From the IMG/VR virus record IMGVR_UViG_3300045988_149348: a DNA stretch of 42,988 bases. The stretch is one strand, 5' to 3'. Under the pieces are notes generated by a model that saw only the letters and a list, made by a program, of their open reading frames with translations, ran no database searches and was not told where the DNA came from. Origin of the DNA: a virus (Duplodnaviria > Heunggongvirae > Uroviricota > Caudoviricetes). Of this stretch, positions 28,245 through 36,005 are shown in pieces. The position numbers and the translations under genes are program-made. Position 1 is the stretch's first letter. Each line of letters opens with the position of its first letter.

Positions 28245-29312
28245 TCAGGCTTTCAATAGCGATTCTTTCAGATATCGGGCATCAGCCAGGGCGTTTGGAG
28301 TAATCTTGCGAACCCATGCATTACGGGTTGGACTCCACTTAAAGGCGCGTGATTTAAGCAGCGAACGAATGTTTGCCTCTGGTTTGCCAGGGAAATAAAA
28401 CAGGATGCGGTTATCCTCTGGATCTATCTCCATAGAAAAGCCGTCGTATTCTTCGCGCTGTGCTCCTGTTACAGACTTGACCGATTCAAGCTCCTTAATA
28501 CGGCTCTGTAGTCGTTTGATTTCGGCGTTATTGTTGCTCAGTGCGTATGAAGGGAATCCGATGCGCCCACAGAAATCTCCGGCCAGTAACTCTTTGGCTT
28601 CGCTTTCTGTAAACCTGAGATCGATTAATGCAGAAAGCTGCTGTAATTGGTCTTTTTTGTATTTGCGAATGGCCTTATTTGCGGCCTTCATTTTGACGTG
28701 TGACTTCATGCAGCCTTGCAGCTTACGAAGCAACTTAAATAGCGCATCAGGATCATCAGACGAAATTCCATTACGACCAACACCTGCGGCTTTGCTCTCG
28801 TAGTGTGATGCTTTACTTTCGCATTCAACAAAGGCTTTTCTGAATAACGCATCAGCTTTAGACAAACGGCGGCGATGGCCTTTCGCGCTATAATGGTCAA
28901 CTAAAATCGGCTGGCCTAACGGGATCACATCCAACAGGTCATGCGCTCGCTTATGCGCTACCGCACCTTCTTTTCTGGCTTTTTCTGCACGAGCAACATA
29001 TCGGGCAAGACGCGCGTTCTGGCGTTCCTGATAGGTGTTTACGTAATCATCTCCGCGCTGCTGCTGTTCAAGCCATGCTTTGCGCAGATCTTCTGTTACG
29101 TCCACCAGCTCCGCAGGGATACAACCAGTTTGGGCTTCATAAGAGTAACCATCCTCATAGATACGCCCATCGTCTTCAACAAAGAAAAAGGTTTCGTGCT
29201 CATCGCTTTTGACCATACGACCATTAACATGGCGTAATAGGTAGCCAGTATCAGTGCTTAACAGGCTGTTAGGGTTGTTGATCCAGTCAGAAATAATTAC
29301 TTGTTTATTCAT
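28245..29312 (-). CDS. hypothetical protein (possibly DUF3560-like)
   Basis: 355-aa ORF, first gene after the Q-like gene; GGAG ribosome-binding site; preceded by copy A of the shared ~100-bp leader. Family assignment from memory only. Confidence 0.5.
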   Translation of the reverse strand: MNKQVIISDWINNPNSLLSTDTGYLLRHVNGRMVKSDEHETFFFVEDDGRIYEDGYSYEAQTGCIPAELVDVTEDLRKAWLEQQQRGDDYVNTYQERQNARLARYVARAEKARKEGAVAHKRAHDLLDVIPLGQPILVDHYSAKGHRRRLSKADALFRKAFVECESKASHYESKAAGVGRNGISSDDPDALFKLLRKLQGCMKSHVKMKAANKAIRKYKKDQLQQLSALIDLRFTESEAKELLAGDFCGRIGFPSYALSNNNAEIKRLQSRIKELESVKSVTGAQREEYDGFSMEIDPEDNRILFYFPGKPEANIRSLLKSRAFKWSPTRNAWVRKITPNALADARYLKESLLKA

Positions 29313-29318
29313 CAGATT

Positions 29319-29420
29319 TCTCCGGTTTAACCAGGGCGGGTATCGCTCGGTTTCGGGTATAACCTTAGGAAATTTTTTCCCACCTGTAAAGCACTTTTTA
29401 TATAAATCTATAATTATATA
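29319..29420 (-). promoter_or_regulatory. duplicated ~100-bp promoter/leader module, copy A (candidate Q-dependent late promoter region)
   Basis: Near-identical to 38909..39021 (3 differences seen by eye); sits between the Q-like stop codon and the next start codon; contains TTTACA-17-TAAGGT and an AT-rich 20-mer. Confidence 0.55.
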
Positions 29421-29481
29421 TTTATAGATTTTCGATGTTCCCGATGTCTACACACCATCAAAACAGCTCAAAATGACACTT

Positions 29482-29859
29482 TCACTCTCTTCTCTTTTTC
29501 AAATAGTCGACAACATACGCCCTGGCTTTTGCCAGCTTCCGGCGATACTGTCTGAGACTAAGAGAAAGGGCGTGGGCTTTATCAATATGCGGTGCATTTA
29601 TGTCGAGGCCCCGAATCTCCCACGCCCCGTATTCAATTCGGACAACCAGCGCCGCAGTCTCATCAACTACCGTGAGGGCCGTCACCGCTCCCTCGATACT
29701 GGTTTCCAGTGAGTCATTTGGTGCGCCGCCCCCTCCGGTAAACTGGCAACGCGTAACCATCATCATTTCTAACATCGACGCGAAACCGCTACGGGCGTTG
29801 CAGCCATTGCGCACCCACAGCGCCCATAGCTCAAACAAGCTATCCAGATCGCGTCTCAC
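29482..29859 (-). CDS. antitermination protein Q-like
   Basis: 125 aa; LFELWALWVRNG and EYGAW motifs resemble the 82/21-type Phage_antitermQ family as recalled; promoter-like repeat directly downstream. Confidence 0.55.
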   Translation of the reverse strand: MRRDLDSLFELWALWVRNGCNARSGFASMLEMMMVTRCQFTGGGGAPNDSLETSIEGAVTALTVVDETAALVVRIEYGAWEIRGLDINAPHIDKAHALSLSLRQYRRKLAKARAYVVDYLKKRRE

Positions 29860-29862
29860 TGT

Positions 29863-30195
29863 TCAGATCTCCCGTATCGTGACGGGATAAAGCGCCTCTA
29901 CCTGCTTTTTCTTCATGATGTAGACGTCTGTTCGCACACCTTTAGTGTCGACACAATCAATCGTCCCATCGTCATAAAACACCATGAAATCAAGTTTATA
30001 AACGACACCACCTGGCAGATTAAAAGGCACCTGCATAAGAAACGTCACAACGCGGCCAGCTTTTCTCAGTAGCTTCAGTTCGCAGTAGTAATCAGCCTCT
30101 TTTTTGCTATCAAAAGCGATATCATCGACAACCGTTTTTTTATTGCCGTATTTGCTTTTCCTGGTCGCTGGTTTGCGAAAGCCGGTATATCTCAT
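29863..30195 (-). CDS. DUF1064-like protein (nin-region type)
   Basis: 110 aa; YGNKKT...FDSKKEADYY...YKLDFMVFY pattern as recalled for DUF1064. Confidence 0.5.
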   Translation of the reverse strand: MRYTGFRKPATRKSKYGNKKTVVDDIAFDSKKEADYYCELKLLRKAGRVVTFLMQVPFNLPGGVVYKLDFMVFYDDGTIDCVDTKGVRTDVYIMKKKQVEALYPVTIREI

Positions 30196-30596
30196 TTGGT
30201 ATCCCCTGGTACTTCACCAAGACTAAGATCAAACCCAATTTCGTCTTTAACTGACTGCGGCAACAGCTCCCACGTCTGCGCACACAAAAATTCATCGGTG
30301 CCATAACGCTCAACAAAGCGAGCACAATTACTCAGGGGAGGGTGACGAACGGCAATATGCGGAGGCACGCGCCCACCACCAGGCACAACACCGCGATGAT
30401 GTGGTGCGCACAACCCAAAGCTATGGAAGTGGCAATTCTCATCAACGCTGCCGTAATCAGGATCGTGATGTAGTTCCGTCCACAGCTCTGGATTCTCAAT
30501 TTCACGGCCATCAATAATGCAAGCTATGCAACCCACGTGAGTGAGCACCGCTTGTATATAAAGTTTCTCTTTCTTCGTTGGTGTACGTCCGTTCAT
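30192..30596 (-). CDS. putative zinc-binding HNH-type nuclease (Ref/NinG-like recombination protein)
   Basis: 134 aa; Cys/His cluster GCIACIIDG...LHHD...CHFHSFGLCAPHH. Confidence 0.4.
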   Translation of the reverse strand: MNGRTPTKKEKLYIQAVLTHVGCIACIIDGREIENPELWTELHHDPDYGSVDENCHFHSFGLCAPHHRGVVPGGGRVPPHIAVRHPPLSNCARFVERYGTDEFLCAQTWELLPQSVKDEIGFDLSLGEVPGDTK

Positions 30597-30829
30597 CAGC
30601 GCCCCTTACCATTGATAAAGAGGTTGAACTCGTTGATTAACTGGACATACATGCTTCTGGCCGCGTAGTTCTTTGCCAGCTCTTTACGGGATGAGATCCC
30701 GCAAAACTCACGCAGAATCACAGAGGCCTCAGAACTGTTTGAAACGTTCTTCCCTGTTTTACTGGTCAGAAAGCGCCAGAATTGGGGATTCTGGCAATGC
30801 ATCGCAGCACCGCGAACATAACTACTCAT
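30596..30829 (-). CDS. hypothetical protein (nin-region)
   Basis: 77-aa ORF, coupled start/stop with neighbours. Confidence 0.4.
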   Translation of the reverse strand: MSSYVRGAAMHCQNPQFWRFLTSKTGKNVSNSSEASVILREFCGISSRKELAKNYAARSMYVQLINEFNLFINGKGR

Positions 30830-31341
30830 TGATGGCCCCCGTCATTTCTGGTGCTTTTCACCGTGCGGCTTCTTAAAAACCTGCCATCACGAACAACAGA
30901 CACTTCTCGTTTACCCAACCTCATTTCACGGCGGTAACATTCAGAAAATGCCTCGTCCGGCATCATATAAATGCGACGCTTCGCCTCCGTATCCAGAAGG
31001 GAACGGCTTGGGGTTACATATAAAAACGACTCATCAATAGGGACAAAACCACGAGCAAGAATTGCTGGCAGAATGCCAGGAAGAACGCAGAAAACAGCTC
31101 CACGATGCAGCAACATCTGGTACTCCATGACCTCCGTTATCCCCGTGACTACTGTTACGGTGTCACGTCTGTTACGGCTGGCAACCAGTCGCTGCACACG
31201 TCCAATTTTCTGATCTACAGATAGATGTTTGCTATCGTTATCAATATGATCGATAACAAATCCTTTAATCGTTTGATCAAGGTAGTGCACCACCTTCGAT
31301 TGAATCTGGTGATTATCACCAAAGAAGGCCAGAATCATCAT
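30826..31341 (-). CDS. hypothetical protein
   Basis: 171-aa ORF in the early operon. Confidence 0.4.
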   Translation of the reverse strand: MMILAFFGDNHQIQSKVVHYLDQTIKGFVIDHIDNDSKHLSVDQKIGRVQRLVASRNRRDTVTVVTGITEVMEYQMLLHRGAVFCVLPGILPAILARGFVPIDESFLYVTPSRSLLDTEAKRRIYMMPDEAFSECYRREMRLGKREVSVVRDGRFLRSRTVKSTRNDGGHQ

Positions 31342-31832
31342 TCCTCAAGCCTCCCGAGTGCTGAACGCCGGGCGTTGCTAATCTCCTTATGAATCAGCTC
31401 GATATCGCTGGAATCTTTATTCTTAAACTCCAGCATGGCAATCGCATCACGAACCTCTGAAACGGTTACGTGTGAGTGTTTCCAGCGAGCAATGAATCGC
31501 GGACCGCGTAGATTGCAACGCTCCGCAGGCATCCCCAGCTCAGAGAAAACCGCTTTCAGCCTTGATAAGCAGTTAACAGGGAGATTCCCTTTGATCTTGT
31601 TCTGCCGAACCGATGTGCCATCGCTACGCTGGCGCTGACGTTCGGCAAAATCTGCCGCCCATTGCTGGACGTTAATCCGGCCTTCCGAATACGCCACCAG
31701 CAGCGTCAGGTTATCCGCACGAGGGAATCTCTCGAAGCGATACCAGGCACCAATCAGTGATGACGTAAAGCCAAACTTTCTGGCAACACCAATTTGGCCT
31801 CCATTTTCGTCAACCCACTCCTGAAAGGTCAT
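31338..31832 (-). CDS. Cro/YdaS-like DNA-binding protein with C-terminal extension
   Basis: 164 aa; N-terminal helix-turn-helix QIGVARKFGFTSSLIGAW; first gene leftward of the divergent operator region; GGAG ribosome-binding site. Confidence 0.55.
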   Translation of the reverse strand: MTFQEWVDENGGQIGVARKFGFTSSLIGAWYRFERFPRADNLTLLVAYSEGRINVQQWAADFAERQRQRSDGTSVRQNKIKGNLPVNCLSRLKAVFSELGMPAERCNLRGPRFIARWKHSHVTVSEVRDAIAMLEFKNKDSSDIELIHKEISNARRSALGRLEE

Positions 31833-31850
31833 TTAACGAACTCCAGTTAA

Positions 31851-31865
31851 ACCACGATATGTGGT
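31851..31865. promoter_or_regulatory. operator, ACCAC-N5-GTGGT family (ACCACGATATGTGGT), Cro-side
   Basis: Perfect 15-bp inverted repeat in the cro leader; imperfect neighbour ACCACATATCGTGAG at 31872..31886 falls in the spacer of a TTGAAA-17-TTTAAT promoter on the minus strand. Confidence 0.6.
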
Positions 31866-31953
31866 ATTAAAACCACATATCGTGAGTTTTTCAATGGGCG
31901 AAACAAAAAATAACCTTCTATTTGTGGTCCACCTCTCGTCTTACCATGTGAAA

Positions 31954-31968
31954 ACCACTAAATGTGGT
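31954..31968. promoter_or_regulatory. operator, ACCAC-N5-GTGGT family (ACCACTAAATGTGGT), repressor-side
   Basis: Perfect inverted repeat just upstream of a TATAAA -10-like hexamer (31973..31978) and the CI-like gene start. Confidence 0.6.
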
Positions 31969-32005
31969 AATGTATAAATAACCCACCATTCACGATTGAT
32001 GAGAC

Positions 32006-32662
32006 ATGAAAAGCAACGACGAGAACATCAAGAAAGAAATAGGTCTGCGCATTCAGACTCTACGGAAACAATCCGGCATGACTGCCGGAGATCTCCAGCA
32101 AGTCACTGGAATAGGCTTAAGCACCTTGCAGAACTATGAGGCCGGATTAAGACAACCATCTATACCTGCCATCAAGAAAATCGCGCACGCCCTGAAAGCA
32201 TCAGCGCCTTATATCGCGTGCTTAACAGATAACCCGTTCCCACCCCAGAATACTAACGCTCCTGTTATTCCTGGGCTTGTAGCTATAAAAAATGACATAG
32301 CATCGCACGCCGGAGAAAAGCCAGTGCTGGCGATAGAACAGGAGATTCTACGAAGCAAGAACATCAACCCATCGTCTCTGTCAGTTCTCCAGAGCAACGA
32401 TGAGTTAATGTCACCAACAATATCCCCTGGCTCCCAAGTCCTGATTAATACAGACGATACAGAGATTCATGAGGGGATCTATGCCCTTGAAGACAGAAAT
32501 GGCCTGGTTGTTTTGAGGCACTGTAGAGTCATACCGGGTGACAATGCTGTTATGCTGTCAACCGAAAGGGATGCTGAAATGAACACTAAGCATCTGAATA
32601 ACGAGGAATTTAAGCGTTATAAAGTTCTTGGCCGCGTAGTTAGTGTTGTCAACTGGTTATGA
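32006..32662 (+). CDS. CI-like repressor (HTH_XRE N-domain + LexA/S24-like C-domain)
   Basis: 218 aa; N-terminal helix-turn-helix (LQQVTGIGLSTLQNYEAG); C-terminal ELMSPTISPGSQVLIN aligns by eye with the S24 GDSMxPxIxxGDxVLVD motif. Confidence 0.7.
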   Translation: MKSNDENIKKEIGLRIQTLRKQSGMTAGDLQQVTGIGLSTLQNYEAGLRQPSIPAIKKIAHALKASAPYIACLTDNPFPPQNTNAPVIPGLVAIKNDIASHAGEKPVLAIEQEILRSKNINPSSLSVLQSNDELMSPTISPGSQVLINTDDTEIHEGIYALEDRNGLVVLRHCRVIPGDNAVMLSTERDAEMNTKHLNNEEFKRYKVLGRVVSVVNWL

Positions 32663-32704
32663 TACACAGCACGGCGAAAGCCGTGCATTTCTACGCTCAA
32701 AAAA

Positions 32705-32719
32705 ACCACATTTTGTGGT
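32705..32719. promoter_or_regulatory. operator, ACCAC-N5-GTGGT family (ACCACATTTTGTGGT)
   Basis: Perfect inverted repeat between the CI-like gene and 32755..33129, followed by TTGACA. Confidence 0.55.
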
Positions 32720-32754
32720 TTTGACAACATGTAAAAGTATAAAAGAGGCTACGC

Positions 32755-33129
32755 ATGGAATTACATACAGCCAATAAAAATGAAACTCTGATCACTGCTG
32801 GAATCGAAATCCAAGCGTTGAACATAGCGATTGAGTGTATGTTATGCCAAATCATTGATAATGAGAAAGATATCGACTGGATAGAATCTATCCTTCATCT
32901 GGCATCAGAACAAAAAGTCTGCCTCAAAACGGCCTTGCAATACGATGTGCCAGCGGTATCGAAGCTGTGCCAGCCATTGATGGCATATAACAGGGCTATT
33001 ATTTCTGTATGCCTCATGATTCTTGATGAAAACACCCCTCTTAGCGACCGCTCAGAAGCTGCTCTAACCCTCTCACGTAAACAGCGACATCTAGCAAATC
33101 AACTGATATCAACGATAGCTGACCTCTGA
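32755..33129 (+). CDS. hypothetical protein downstream of the repressor gene
   Basis: 124-aa ORF with its own operator copy upstream. Confidence 0.45.
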   Translation: MELHTANKNETLITAGIEIQALNIAIECMLCQIIDNEKDIDWIESILHLASEQKVCLKTALQYDVPAVSKLCQPLMAYNRAIISVCLMILDENTPLSDRSEAALTLSRKQRHLANQLISTIADL

Positions 33130-33264
33130 CTGCAAGCGGGCTAACGCCCGCTTATATGATTATAGATTTATATAATTATATAAAACGCTTTCCATCCGCC
33201 AAAAAGTTGGTTATGCTTACCTCGTTCTATAAATATAGATTTATAGAATTATATAACCAAACAC

Positions 33265-33933
33265 ATGGAGTCTCGACAAATGACTATCTCTGTAGGTATT
33301 TTCAACGGAAAAGGCGGCGTAACCAAATCAACAATTGCCCGTGCTTTAGCAGTTGCTTATGCAAAGGCTGGCTGGAATGTATGCCTGATCGATATGGATG
33401 TGCTTAACGGAACGGTAACGCGTTGGGTACAACGCAGAATGGCCAACAATATCGAACCAGCAATCGCGGCGCAGCCGTGCGGCACACCATCACAAGTCCA
33501 GAAAATCATCGAATCAGAAGTATACGACCTGGTTATCGTTGATGGCGGTGCCTACGCATCTGAATCAGTACCGAAGCTATCTGAATTTCTGGATATGGTT
33601 ATTTTGCCAACCCGATTCTCTACCGATGACCTGGAAACCACCGTTAACACTGCTCACGGCATCGTTAAAAAGGGTGTGCCAATCAAGAAAATTTGCATGG
33701 TGTTTTCCGGCGCGGCTGAAAATGAAGCTGACTATATTGAAGCCCAAGAGTACCTGGCTAATACGCCATACTTTGTTGTCGATAAGTACATTCCCCACAA
33801 GCCAGCTCTGAGCAAAGCTCAGGATAAGGGCTTAAGCCTCATTGAATGCTCATACGTTGCGCCACGCAAAAAGGCAGACGACGTTATTCAGGGGATTATC
33901 AACCAGCTTGAGGCTCTGACTACTGCCGCGTAA
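33265..33933 (+). CDS. ParA-family partition ATPase (small, type Ib-like)
   Basis: 222 aa; deviant Walker A GKGGVTKST near the N-terminus; followed by a small ribbon-helix-helix-like gene; AT-rich repeats upstream. Confidence 0.7.
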   Translation: MESRQMTISVGIFNGKGGVTKSTIARALAVAYAKAGWNVCLIDMDVLNGTVTRWVQRRMANNIEPAIAAQPCGTPSQVQKIIESEVYDLVIVDGGAYASESVPKLSEFLDMVILPTRFSTDDLETTVNTAHGIVKKGVPIKKICMVFSGAAENEADYIEAQEYLANTPYFVVDKYIPHKPALSKAQDKGLSLIECSYVAPRKKADDVIQGIINQLEALTTAA

Positions 33934-33976
33934 TATATAATTATAGTTTTATAGATTTATATAAGAGGGGATACAC

Positions 33977-34225
33977 ATGGCCGCACCATCAAAACCACCA
34001 AAGAAGAACAGCAAAGGCGTACCGCCATCGATCGAACAACCGCAGGTTTTCGACCCGACTGAAACGCCAACCAGAACCAAATCAGGTGGGGCACAAATGG
34101 CGTTTAACGTCGACCCTGAATTTAAACGCGAGTACAAAACGTTCGCCAGCTCAATGGATATGTCATTGAAAGAAGTGCTGACAAAATCTTTTGAGTTACT
34201 CAAGGCTCAATACAACCAGAAGTAA
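33977..34225 (+). CDS. ParG-like ribbon-helix-helix partition/centromere-binding protein
   Basis: 82 aa; basic Pro-rich N-terminal tail and C-terminal RHH-like segment (MAFNVDPEFKREYKTFA...); immediately downstream of the ParA-like gene. Confidence 0.5.
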   Translation: MAAPSKPPKKNSKGVPPSIEQPQVFDPTETPTRTKSGGAQMAFNVDPEFKREYKTFASSMDMSLKEVLTKSFELLKAQYNQK

Positions 34226-34254
34226 GAGAAGGTGACGGCCTCCAGCGCCAACTG

Positions 34255-34437
34255 TTGGCCGTCGCGACACAACAAGGGGAATTTGTTATGTCCGAGCAAC
34301 AATATACACGGTTACTGAAAACTCGTCTAACCGACCTCAAACGGCTGCAAGCTGGTCGCTTATTTGCCCTGCTATCCACCAGGCCAGAATGGGTACGTGA
34401 AGCAGTTCTGAAAGGCTTAATGCGCTCCAGCGTTTAA
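34255..34437 (+). CDS. hypothetical small protein
   Basis: 60-aa ORF; last ORF before the hairpin at 34454..34469. Confidence 0.3.
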   Translation: MAVATQQGEFVMSEQQYTRLLKTRLTDLKRLQAGRLFALLSTRPEWVREAVLKGLMRSSV

Positions 34438-34446
34438 ATTCAACCA

Positions 34447-34469
34447 TAAAAAAGGCCCCCGAAGGGGCC
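34447..34469 (-). terminator. rho-independent terminator (minus-strand orientation)
   Basis: GGCCCC-CGAA-GGGGCC hairpin with an A-run on the plus side, giving a U-run on the minus strand after the small peptide ORF. Confidence 0.55.
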
Positions 34470-34475
34470 TAATCG

Positions 34476-34598
34476 CTACTTGCTGCTAATGTTTATCGTC
34501 ACATTCAGAGCGTTATCAGTAATCTTCCAACCCTCCCCATGTGGCGTAAACAAAGCTCCAGTAACAACGATAAAAATACACATGTAGTATTTTTTCAT
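34476..34598 (-). CDS. small hydrophobic peptide (40 aa), candidate membrane peptide
   Basis: MKKYYMCIFIVVTGALF...; AAGGG 8 nt upstream of ATG 34598; own terminator downstream. Low confidence. Confidence 0.3.
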   Translation of the reverse strand: MKKYYMCIFIVVTGALFTPHGEGWKITDNALNVTINISSK

Positions 34599-34976
34599 TG
34601 TGTGGCCCTTACAGGCCGTTTCACGGCATCCCCACCGACGAAAATGACGCGAGAGCAAGCACGCTGTTTGTGCCTGCGTGGTACGGCAAGTGGATAATCC
34701 TTTCCTGAAAGTCGGTGCCCGGTTGCGAATCGGCGAAAAGGCCCCGCGTAATGTTACACCGCAGCCCCTTCATAATGAAGGGATAAAAATGTATTGTTTT
34801 TCATTAGGTTAAATACACACCACAAAAATCACTCGCTTTTGTGCTCTAATAAACCAAATTTATTTGGACAATTTTATTCAGTTGGGTAAGAATATGGTTG
34901 CTGTTTGTGCTTGCGTGGTTGTATTTATACAACAACGTAATGCTGAAAGGACCGCGAATCCGATCAGCACGAAAGA

Positions 34977-35002
34977 ACCGTCCTCAAAAGGACGGTTTTT
35001 TT
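34977..35002 (+). terminator. rho-independent terminator (plus strand)
   Basis: ACCGTCC-TCAAAA-GGACGGT followed by TTTTTT; overlaps the 3' end of the minus-strand gene 34984..35556. Confidence 0.6.
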
Positions 35003-35556
35003 GTTTCTCCCCCTTCCTTCCCAAATGATTCAAATGTTAATGAGAGTGAATCATTTGATATGTTCGATTTAGCGCCGTTATCGACCCAATTTCTGTATGC
35101 TTCATCACAACAGTACCTTACAGCAGTTGGAGTAACAGGGATGCCGCCCCCAAATGAGAATCCCATTGAGCTAATGCTAACTCTTTCGAATGGCCTATTT
35201 CTCAATGCTTCAAACCCCTTGCTATTAAAGTAACGCAGCATCAGAGGTAAAAGGTTATCCTCGTCCTGACTGATTGTTCCAGGGAAAAAGTAGTAACCAT
35301 AACGGTTAAATTCGGGAATAAGAATTTCTACCAATGACATGAAATTCACTGGAGTAATATTAAGGGCTGTGAAAGCACCAAAAAGGGCGTCAACTGTTAA
35401 TACAGACTGCCCGTTCTCTATCTTTGTCCATGCGTTTGGTGTTTTTCCAGCAGCTTGAGCCAGCACTCCTTGATGCACACCTCTTTCTAGCCTAAGTTCT
35501 TTTATGATCATTAGGTGAATTGTTGAAAAACATGAGTTTTTTGACTGTTCAATCAT
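34984..35556 (-). CDS. HTH_XRE-family DNA-binding protein with uncharacterised C-terminal domain
   Basis: 190 aa; helix-turn-helix VLAQAAGKTPNAWTKIENGQSVLTVD; GGGGA ribosome-binding site 6 nt upstream of ATG 35556. Confidence 0.55.
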   Translation of the reverse strand: MIEQSKNSCFSTIHLMIIKELRLERGVHQGVLAQAAGKTPNAWTKIENGQSVLTVDALFGAFTALNITPVNFMSLVEILIPEFNRYGYYFFPGTISQDEDNLLPLMLRYFNSKGFEALRNRPFERVSISSMGFSFGGGIPVTPTAVRYCCDEAYRNWVDNGAKSNISNDSLSLTFESFGKEGGETKKPSF

Positions 35557-35692
35557 TTTTTATCCCCATACTGAATTTTTTCTTGTTCCCGACTTTAACA
35601 AAACCCCACAACTCAGGACTGATTGATTCCTTACAGGAACTATACATTCCCATTTTTAGCATATCAAGAAAATTAAAAGCCCCGCATTCAAA

Positions 35693-35707
35693 CCCACACT
35701 ATGTGGT
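35693..35707. promoter_or_regulatory. operator, ACCAC-N5-GTGGT family (CCCACACTATGTGGT, one mismatch)
   Basis: Immediately upstream of an extended -10-like TGTTAAAAT (35711..35719) that precedes the candidate small-RNA region. Confidence 0.5.
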
Positions 35708-35737
35708 TTAGTCTGTTAAAATCCCTCTGTATTGACA

Positions 35738-35839
35738 TAAATGCGCCATTGGTGGACACTTTCCGAGCCGTAGCAAAATCTACGGTCGGGATTGGAACCC
35801 CGTAGACACAATGGCGCATACCGCGTTAGCGGTTTTTTT
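35738..35839 (+). ncRNA. candidate c4-like antisense regulatory RNA with intrinsic terminator
   Basis: Structured ~100-nt region: GCGCCATTG...CAATGGCGC long-range stem, CCGTAG/CTACGG inner stem, then ACCGC-GTTA-GCGGT plus UUUUUUU terminator (35820..35839). 35789..35817 is complementary in two blocks (CATTGTGTC, GTTCCAA) to 35917..35941 in the downstream leader. Confidence 0.5.
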
Positions 35840-36005
35840 ATGCGTAAAGCACTGCTACACCCAAATTATGGTGGGGCGTGCGGGGGAGTCGTAAGACTCG
35901 CCGGTTCGTCATTGTGTCCGGTAGTTCCAACCCTGCACGTCTCACCACCCAATGATTGGAACCTGACGGTGGTGAGTATCCTTAACCTTTAAGGGAATCA
36001 TCACA

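Noticed and set aside
34898-35233. Plus-strand 111-aa ORF
   Set aside because: Contains an intrinsic terminator hairpin within its coding frame and is antisense to the ribosome-binding-site-supported HTH gene 34984..35556.
35732-35760. TTGACA-17-GACACT as promoter of the candidate small RNA
   Set aside because: The -10 hexamer is very weak; the extended -10-like TGTTAAAAT at 35711..35719 overlapped by an operator is a better candidate, so the 5' end of the RNA stays uncertain.
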